Virus record (IMG/VR): IMGVR_UViG_2504643024_000001
Direction: 5' to 3' (one strand)
DNA: 54,545 bases
DNA from: an uncultured virus (IMG/VR IMGVR_UViG_2504643024_000001)
Lineage: Duplodnaviria > Heunggongvirae > Uroviricota > Caudoviricetes
Shown: in pieces, positions 48,300 through 54,545 of the stretch
Numbering within the stretch: the stretch's first letter is position 1
Layout: each line of letters opens with the position of its first letter
Program-made: the position numbers and the translations under genes
Notes under the pieces: generated by a model
The model's database searches: none
Told to the model about the DNA's origin: nothing
What the model saw: the letters and a program-made list of their open reading frames with translations, nothing else

Positions 48300-49427
48300 A
48301 TGGCAACGCTCAATATCAAGGACTTCACCACCCTCGTAAGGGACCAGGTGACTGCCGTTCAGGGTAGGGCGGCCGGACTGGTCGACTTCACCATTGGTTC
48401 CCTGTTGCGGGCCTGCGCCGAGAGCAATGCCAGCGTGCTGCAATGGCTCCAGCAGCTGATCGTGACGCTGCTGATCAATACTCGCGCCTCGACCTGTGTC
48501 GGGCCTGATCTTGATAGCTGGATGGCTGACTTCGGCTTCTATCGGCTGTCGGCCAGTTTCGCGACCGGCAGCGTCACCTATTCGCGCTTCACGCCGACCA
48601 ATTCTGCACTGATCCCGATTGGCGCTCTGGTCGGCTCGACCGATGGCTCTCAGCAGTTCGCGGTGACGATCGACACCACAAATGCGATGTACAGCGCCAC
48701 GCTGGGCGGCTACCTGATCCCGGCTGGGACTGCATCTGCGACGGTTCCGGTGATTGCCAGTACGGCCGGCGCTGCAGGTAATGCGCTGATCGGCACCGTC
48801 ACGGTGATCGTCGGCAGCATCAGCGGCGTCGATACGGTGTCCAATGCCGCAGTCTTCGCCAACGGTGTTGATCCAGAGCTAGATCCAGCATTCCGCGCGC
48901 GCTTCGTGCTCTGGGTGCAGTCGCTGTCCAAGGGTACGAAAGCAGCCATCGGTTACGTACTGTCCTCGATGCAGGCCGGTGTCACCTATACGCTGACCGA
49001 GAACCAGGACTACAGCGGAAATGTGCTCTACGGCTACTTCTATGCGGTGGTCGATGACGGCAGTGGTGCGCCATCAGGTGCGTTCTTGGTAACGGCTGGC
49101 GCGACCATTGAGTCAGTCAGGGGGTTTACCACATGGTATGGCGTATTCGCCCCGGTATTGGTGACGGCCAACGTCGGCATGACCATTACGACCGATGCGA
49201 CGGTGACGCATAGCGTGGCGGTTGCTCAAGTCACAACCGCCATACAGACCTACATCTCAAAGCTCAGGCTCGGGCAAATGCTTCCCTATACCCAACTTGC
49301 AGCCATCGCCTATGCCGTGAGCCCGGCCATCACGAACGTCTCTGGCGTTCTACTCAACGGCAGCACGGCCGACCTTGGCGCAACCAAACAGCAGGTCATT
49401 CGACCCGGCACAGTGACGGTGGCTTAA
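48300..49427 (+). CDS. Baseplate J-like protein
   Basis: LD.W..DFG..R, G.D.E.D..FR.RF. Confidence 0.9.
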   Translation: MATLNIKDFTTLVRDQVTAVQGRAAGLVDFTIGSLLRACAESNASVLQWLQQLIVTLLINTRASTCVGPDLDSWMADFGFYRLSASFATGSVTYSRFTPTNSALIPIGALVGSTDGSQQFAVTIDTTNAMYSATLGGYLIPAGTASATVPVIASTAGAAGNALIGTVTVIVGSISGVDTVSNAAVFANGVDPELDPAFRARFVLWVQSLSKGTKAAIGYVLSSMQAGVTYTLTENQDYSGNVLYGYFYAVVDDGSGAPSGAFLVTAGATIESVRGFTTWYGVFAPVLVTANVGMTITTDATVTHSVAVAQVTTAIQTYISKLRLGQMLPYTQLAAIAYAVSPAITNVSGVLLNGSTADLGATKQQVIRPGTVTVA

Positions 49428-50084
49428 ATGAGTGTCGGCGACCAAGACGATATGTTCGGCCGGCTGAAGAACTTGCTTCCAGTCGGCTGGTTTGGTGACA
49501 ACAACCCGGTCAGGGACGCACTGCTGTGGGGTTATGCGCAGGCGCTGTCATGGGGCTTCACCCTCTATCTCTATGCGAAGAACCAGACGCGGATCAAAAC
49601 CGCTTCTGACGGCTGGCTCGACCTGATCGGGCTGGATTTCTTCGGCAACAACCTGATCCGCTATTCCAATCAGCTCGACCCGAGTTACCGGAATCGAATC
49701 CTGATCAATATTTTCCGAGAGCGCGCCACGCGCCACGGCATGGATCGGGTGCTGTTTGACCTGACCGGCCGGCACCCACTGATCATTGAGCCAGCCTGCC
49801 CGACAGACGCGGGCTGCTTGGGCCTGACGCTGGGTCTTGGCGTTGCCGGGCCGCTTGGCTCTACCTCATGCCCCTATCAGGCGTTCGTCACTGCCTATCG
49901 GCCCGCAGGAAGTGGTGCGGCCAACTGGCCAGGCGTTGCCACGAACTGGTTTGGCCTCTCCCAGACCAGCGGCCTAGTCCCAGCAGCGCAAATCGCCCCC
50001 GCGGTATCGGATGCCGACATCGTCGCGGCCATTGAAGCCACCAAACTCTATGGCACGACCGTCTGGTATCGAATCACCAACTGA
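49428..50084 (+). CDS. Baseplate wedge (gpI-like)
   Basis: TA....LD.IG..FFG, D..YR.RI. Confidence 0.75.
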   Translation: MSVGDQDDMFGRLKNLLPVGWFGDNNPVRDALLWGYAQALSWGFTLYLYAKNQTRIKTASDGWLDLIGLDFFGNNLIRYSNQLDPSYRNRILINIFRERATRHGMDRVLFDLTGRHPLIIEPACPTDAGCLGLTLGLGVAGPLGSTSCPYQAFVTAYRPAGSGAANWPGVATNWFGLSQTSGLVPAAQIAPAVSDADIVAAIEATKLYGTTVWYRITN

Positions 50085-50139
50085 TTTCACTCATTCAACT
50101 CTATAGCCCGCCTTGAGCGGGTTTTTTATTGGGGATTCC

Positions 50140-51993
50140 ATGGACAGACAGATCGTTTATCCCGGCCAGATTCTGCCGGAAACCAGCCTGCTCCAGATGG
50201 CGAAAGATTCCATGATTGGTCTGGCAAAGCTATCGGCTGCGGTTCTCGGTACCAGCACCATGGCGAACGGCTTTGCCGTGACGCCGACCGGACCGGCATC
50301 GCTGCAAGTGGTTTGCGCGCCGGGCGAGATCTACGGACTGACCAGTATCGACGCCCTGGCGTTCTCGACGCTGCCGGCCGATACCGCGCACTCGATCATG
50401 AAGCAGGGCATCCTGCTCGATGGTGTGACGCTAAGCTGCCCGGCGCCGGGCACATCCGGGAAATCCATTAACTACCTGGTGCAGGCGACCTACCAGGACT
50501 CCGATTCAGCGCCGGTTCTGCTGCCTTATTACAATAGCGCCAACCCTGCGCTGCCTTATAGTGGCATGGGGAACAACGGCCTGACGCAGAACACGTCGCG
50601 CAAGGGCGCAGCAATCGTTGCGGTCAAGGCCGGCGCATCGGCCAACACTGGCAGCCAGGTAACGCCCGCTCCTGATGCCGGTTACATCGGTCTGTACGTG
50701 GTGACTGTGGCGTTCGGTCAGACCACGATCACCTCGACCAGCATTTCGCAGTACAGCGGAGCGCCACTGCTGCCGAGCGGAATTTTGCAGTCCATTCAGA
50801 ACGGCAACACCTCGTCCGCCGTCGACACCGGCACCGCCAACACTTACGTCTGCGCCTTCACGCCAGCTATTACCGCTCGCAGTGAGCAGCAGCCGCTGCG
50901 CTTCAAGGTCAAGACATCCAATACCGGCGCCTCAACTTTCAACGATGGCTTGGGCGCTGTAGCTCTGGTCGGTGGCGCGCATTCAGCCCTTCAAGGCGGC
51001 GAGCTGGTTGCCAATGGTGACGCGTGGGTGCAGTGGAACACCTCAATCGGCGGTGGCTCCTACATCCTGCTGTTCTGCACGGGAGCAGCTGAGCAAGTAG
51101 CACCAGCCACCCAAAGCCAGCATGCCACCCAACTCGGCCAGGTCCAGGCGCTCCCATCCTCGCTGCAATCTATTACGGCATCGGTTGCTTCCAGCGCCCT
51201 AACGCTGACCTGGGCCGCGCAGCCGCTGGTGTTTCGTAATGCCACGTTGGCCAACGGCGCGCCAGTGTCGGCGACCCCCGCCGGCACGCTGTCGCTGGTC
51301 GTGCCAGCGGGCGCCACGCTGGGCACTACCTCTGGGAAAGCCGCGCAGTTGGTGCTATTGGTGGCCTACAACGCCGGCACGCCTGTCCTGTGCGTGGGGA
51401 ACATCGCGGGCGACTTGGACCTTAGCGAGGCAGGGGTCATCACTCCAACCACCATCAGCGCCGGCGCCACCTTGGCCAGTACGATTTATTCGGCGTCGGC
51501 GGTGGCAGCCGGTTCGCCCTATCGGGTGCTCGGCTATATCCAGATCACTGAAGCAGCGGCGGGGACCTGGGCCACGGCGCCGACCCTGGTGCAGGGGGCC
51601 GGCGGCCAGGCTTCAGCTTCATTCCTGGCCAGAAAGGGCCTTTCCGGAACGGCATATACCTCATCCACCCCGGCAGCCAACGCGGCATTCTCACTCACAG
51701 TTACAGCGGGTTCATTTGTTGCGCCTTGCAACGGCGTGGTATTTGCCTCCCACGCAACGAACTCCCCCGCCCAGCCCGCTTCTATCTCCAGTGGGGTAAC
51801 CATCTCGGGCTCTATTTCAGGATCGGCTGCTGCGACAGACATCGGATATAGCACGACAGTCAACTGCGTAAGCCTGGCTGTAGTTCAGGGTGAAACAGTT
51901 ACGGTAACTGGCGCAACTTCAGGGTCTGCAACTAACGTGGCATGGGTCTCACTTGGCCGGAACGCCGGCTTTATGTTTATTCCTGCGAACTAA
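50140..51993 (+). CDS. Tail fibre protein
   Basis: Position, Gly/Ala/Thr-rich; no TR-like repeat seen. Confidence 0.82.
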   Translation: MDRQIVYPGQILPETSLLQMAKDSMIGLAKLSAAVLGTSTMANGFAVTPTGPASLQVVCAPGEIYGLTSIDALAFSTLPADTAHSIMKQGILLDGVTLSCPAPGTSGKSINYLVQATYQDSDSAPVLLPYYNSANPALPYSGMGNNGLTQNTSRKGAAIVAVKAGASANTGSQVTPAPDAGYIGLYVVTVAFGQTTITSTSISQYSGAPLLPSGILQSIQNGNTSSAVDTGTANTYVCAFTPAITARSEQQPLRFKVKTSNTGASTFNDGLGAVALVGGAHSALQGGELVANGDAWVQWNTSIGGGSYILLFCTGAAEQVAPATQSQHATQLGQVQALPSSLQSITASVASSALTLTWAAQPLVFRNATLANGAPVSATPAGTLSLVVPAGATLGTTSGKAAQLVLLVAYNAGTPVLCVGNIAGDLDLSEAGVITPTTISAGATLASTIYSASAVAAGSPYRVLGYIQITEAAAGTWATAPTLVQGAGGQASASFLARKGLSGTAYTSSTPAANAAFSLTVTAGSFVAPCNGVVFASHATNSPAQPASISSGVTISGSISGSAAATDIGYSTTVNCVSLAVVQGETVTVTGATSGSATNVAWVSLGRNAGFMFIPAN

Positions 51994-52007
51994 TTAGGTA
52001 TTAATCC

Positions 52008-52568
52008 ATGTATGTAATTCAGTTTAATGCTGATGGCACGCCGTTCGGCTGTGTGATGCTTTCCGGGGTTGCAGAAAACAACATCCTCGAAGACTCCGAA
52101 GTTGAATGCACAGAGGACCAGTTTAATAACTACCTAAGTTATCGACGGGTCAATGGTGTGATCACCTTGGCAGCGGTAGCTGATCTGGTGGCCAATGCTC
52201 AGCCGATTCAGTCGGCTCTGGTGGATGCTGCGTGTGCCGCCGCCATTGTTTCCGGATTCACCTGTGACGCGTTGGTGCCGGGTACGCCGTACACCTATCC
52301 GTCAAAGCTGACCGATCAGGCTAATCTGTCGGACTCGGTGTTGTCTTCGCTGGTCCCGGGGTTGGCTACCAATTGGACAACCCCGTTCTGGTGCGCCGAT
52401 GAAACGGGGACTTGGGGTTATCGCGAGCATACGGCCGCGCAGATTCAAGCAGTCGGCGTGTGCCGCAAGACGATGATCACCGTGATGATCTCGAAAAAGA
52501 TCACGCTGGAGGCGGCTATAGCAGCTGCGGCCACGGTTGAGGCCGTACAAGCCGTAGTCTGGCGCTGA
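52008..52568 (+). CDS. Tail fibre assembly-like protein (DUF4376-like)
   Basis: DQANL, FWCAD, HTAAQI..V, I.AA.TVEAV.AVVW. Confidence 0.75.
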   Translation: MYVIQFNADGTPFGCVMLSGVAENNILEDSEVECTEDQFNNYLSYRRVNGVITLAAVADLVANAQPIQSALVDAACAAAIVSGFTCDALVPGTPYTYPSKLTDQANLSDSVLSSLVPGLATNWTTPFWCADETGTWGYREHTAAQIQAVGVCRKTMITVMISKKITLEAAIAAAATVEAVQAVVWR

Positions 52569-52656
52569 GCAAGTCGTCTGGCCTCAGTTACCGGCCTGAT
52601 CGCAGCAAGAAAAAACACCCGCCATCGAGCGGGTTTATTTTCGCCCGGAGAAAAGT

Positions 52657-53268
52657 ATGCCCATCACCCAGCAGCAGTTGCTGCAAATCTTCCCGAACGC
52701 CGGCCCAGTTGCCGGCGTTTTTGTGCCTGTGCTGAACACCGCGATGGGGCGGTTCCAGATCATTACGGTACGACGGATTGCTGCGTTCATCGCACAAGTC
52801 GGCCATGAGTCGGGGCAGCTCGCTCGCGTCGTGGAGAACCTGAACTATGGCGCTCCGGGGCTGATGGCGACGTGGCCGAACCGGTTTCCGGCCGATCTCG
52901 CCGCTGCCTGCGCGCGTCAGCCGGAGAAGATCGCGAACATTGCCTATGCCTCGCGCATGGGTAACGGCAACTCGACTAGCGGTGATGGCTGGATGTATCG
53001 GGGTAGGGGGCTGATCCAGATCACGGGTCGCGCCAATTATCAAGAGTGTGGCGATGCACTGGGTGTGGACCTGGTCGGCAATCCGGACCTGCTGACACAG
53101 CCTCAGTACGCCGCACTATCGGCCGCCTGGTTCTGGTCGATCAATGGGCTGAACACCCTGGCCGACGCCGGCAACTTCACCGGCATCACGCAGCGGATCA
53201 ACGGCGGACAGAACGGCGCGGCGGACCGGCTGAACCTCTACAACACTGCGCTGAAGGTGCTGGCATGA
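52657..53268 (+). CDS. Endolysin, glycoside hydrolase family 19
   Basis: FIAQVGHES, YRGRGLIQITG, INGG.NG..DR. Confidence 0.93.
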   Translation: MPITQQQLLQIFPNAGPVAGVFVPVLNTAMGRFQIITVRRIAAFIAQVGHESGQLARVVENLNYGAPGLMATWPNRFPADLAAACARQPEKIANIAYASRMGNGNSTSGDGWMYRGRGLIQITGRANYQECGDALGVDLVGNPDLLTQPQYAALSAAWFWSINGLNTLADAGNFTGITQRINGGQNGAADRLNLYNTALKVLA

Positions 53269-53612
53269 CTGCTTTCACGAAGCTTTCCCGAGCGCTGGCC
53301 AAATCTGAGGAAGATCGGCTTTTCTTCAGGTGCCCAGGCTGCGACATGGTTCACGGCATATCTCATGGGGCGGGCGCTGGGCCGCGCTGGGGATGGAGCG
53401 GCGATGTCGAGAAGCCGACCTTCACGCCGAGTGTACTGGTCACATGGAGTGAACCGAGCGACAACCCGGGCGAATTTGACGATATCTCCAAGGACGTGAA
53501 GAAAGTCTGCCACTCGTTCGTGACCGATGGTCGCATCCAGTTCCTTGGCGACTGCACGCACGCACTGGCTGGGCAGACGGTCGACTTGCCTGACTGGGAG
53601 GATGAAGAATGA
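53265..53612 (+). CDS. Cys/His-rich protein (DUF6527-like)
   Basis: CPGC...H, PTFTPSV, CHSFVTDG.I.FL.DC.H. Confidence 0.7.
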   Translation: MTAFTKLSRALAKSEEDRLFFRCPGCDMVHGISHGAGAGPRWGWSGDVEKPTFTPSVLVTWSEPSDNPGEFDDISKDVKKVCHSFVTDGRIQFLGDCTHALAGQTVDLPDWEDEE

Positions 53613-54121
53613 CTGTCTACCTGAAAGCGGGCGCCATCCTGCTACTGATTACTCTGGCGTGCGGCGCGCTGTTCGGCGCCTATCACCACGGCGAGACCCT
53701 GGCCAATGCCGAGTGGCAGGACCGCTGGGACAAGGCTGTCGCCCAGCAGCAAAAGGACAAGGCCGCCGCCGAGTCTGCCGCCCGGGTAGAAGAGCAACGC
53801 CGCCAACATGCAACTGACGAGGTAGCAATCCATGCCACACAAGCACTTGAACAGGCTCGCACTGATGCTGCTACTGCCAACACTGCTGCTGGCCGGCTGC
53901 GCGAATCAGCCGCAAAGCTGGTCACCGCTGCCAGTAGCTGCTCCGGCAATTCCGGAACTGCCACCGCAGGCACGCCAGCAACCAACCCCGGCAATCTGCT
54001 CGCCGTCGTGCTCGACAAATCTGTCCAGCGAAATCGGGAATTGGCAGAAATCGCTGATACTGCCCGAGTGAATGGATTGGCCTGTGAAGCGGCCTATGAT
54101 GCTTTGGTGAAACGGGAATAG
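53609..54121 (+). CDS. Rz-like i-spanin
   Basis: N-terminal TM, coiled coil, GLACE.AYD. Confidence 0.85.
   Translation: MTVYLKAGAILLLITLACGALFGAYHHGETLANAEWQDRWDKAVAQQQKDKAAAESAARVEEQRRQHATDEVAIHATQALEQARTDAATANTAAGRLRESAAKLVTAASSCSGNSGTATAGTPATNPGNLLAVVLDKSVQRNRELAEIADTARVNGLACEAAYDALVKRE
53832..54071 (+). CDS. Rz1-like o-spanin nested in Rz
   Basis: Lipobox LLAGC, Pro-rich, alternate frame. Confidence 0.8.
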   Translation: MPHKHLNRLALMLLLPTLLLAGCANQPQSWSPLPVAAPAIPELPPQARQQPTPAICSPSCSTNLSSEIGNWQKSLILPE

Positions 54122-54283
54122 GGGATTGTGTTCGGTCGGCAGGACGCCGAGGAGGGGGGGGGTAAAATCAGTTCCCAAACTCAAAGGCGAGCCCGTATTC
54201 TGCGCGGTCTGTAGAGCATCTGTTTTGCCCTAGTTTCGGAACTAAAAAAGGCTGGAGGCCGCTGCCTATATGCGTTTCCGTAT

Positions 54284-54331
54284 CGGATTGCAAATCCGCC
54301 TACGCCGGTTCGATTCCGACCTCGGCCTCCA
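54284..54331 (+). other. attR core: 3' 48 nt of tRNA-Cys(GCA)
   Basis: CGGATTGCAAATCCG anticodon arm, GGTTCGATTCC T-arm and CCA end; 5' half absent. Confidence 0.9.
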
Positions 54332-54336
54332 CTATT

Positions 54337-54372
54337 AAAACCCCGTAGATCAATGGTCTACGGGGTTTTTTA
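54337..54372 (+). terminator. Terminator downstream of the tRNA fragment
   Basis: AAAACCCCGTAGA...TCTACGGGGTTTTT. Confidence 0.85.
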
Positions 54373-54545
54373 TTGCCTGCGATTTGGTAAGTGTTCCGCA
54401 ACTTTTTGGATGTGTTCCGCAACCTGCCGGCTTTTTTCGTGGGTAATTGCACTGACTTGACCGCCCGTTTGCATTCGATCTGACCAGTCATTTGCATCGG
54501 ACTTGACCAGCAGGCTTCGTAACCATGACCGGCAGAGAACGGCCC

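Larger units (their letters stand above)
1..54331. mobile_element. Temperate prophage (contractile tail, lambdoid organisation) integrated at tRNA-Cys; attL expected just left of the window
   Basis: Integrase at the left end, full early/late phage gene sets, tRNA 3' fragment at the right end. Confidence 0.95.

Noticed and set aside
50140..51993. Tail fibre as DGR target
   Set aside because: No TR-like sequence or RVRPVR-type ending seen
54151..54162. G-rich run as phase-variable tract (also 40848-40856)
   Set aside because: Intergenic with no evident linked promoter or ORF; may be homopolymer noise
54284..54331. Functional tRNA-Cys gene
   Set aside because: The 5' acceptor strand and D-arm are missing; this is the att duplication

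Overview
The window is almost entirely one temperate prophage with a contractile tail and lambdoid gene order, probably from Pseudomonas (inferred from the tRNA fragment and gene content). It runs from a tyrosine integrase at 1-1050 to a duplicated 3' part of tRNA-Cys (attR, 54284-54331). The order is int/xis, early-left operon, immunity region (PL/OL, accessory genes, cI, OR, cro), O/P-like replication, nin region, Q-like regulator, holins, packaging/head, tail (interrupted by an immI-like antirepressor module) and endolysin/spanins. The standout is a diversity-generating retroelement (DGR) in the early-left operon: RT, template repeat (6023-6127) and avd, with THREE variable-repeat targets. 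All three are small C-type-lectin-like (DUF1566-like) proteins and none is a tail fibre; one lies about 7 kb from the TR. By hand alignment, VR1 and VR3 differ from the TR only at adenines, apart from one extra codon in VR3. VR2 also has a 4-nt non-adenine patch. The element looks damaged: the RT appears C-terminally truncated and target 2 is frameshifted by a 25-bp tandem duplication. Other notable items are repeat-bounded gene cassettes, a candidate structured RNA with a tRNA T-arm, antisense-overlapping genes and a -1 frameshift in the tail chaperone. All alignments and family calls were made by eye; no searches were run.
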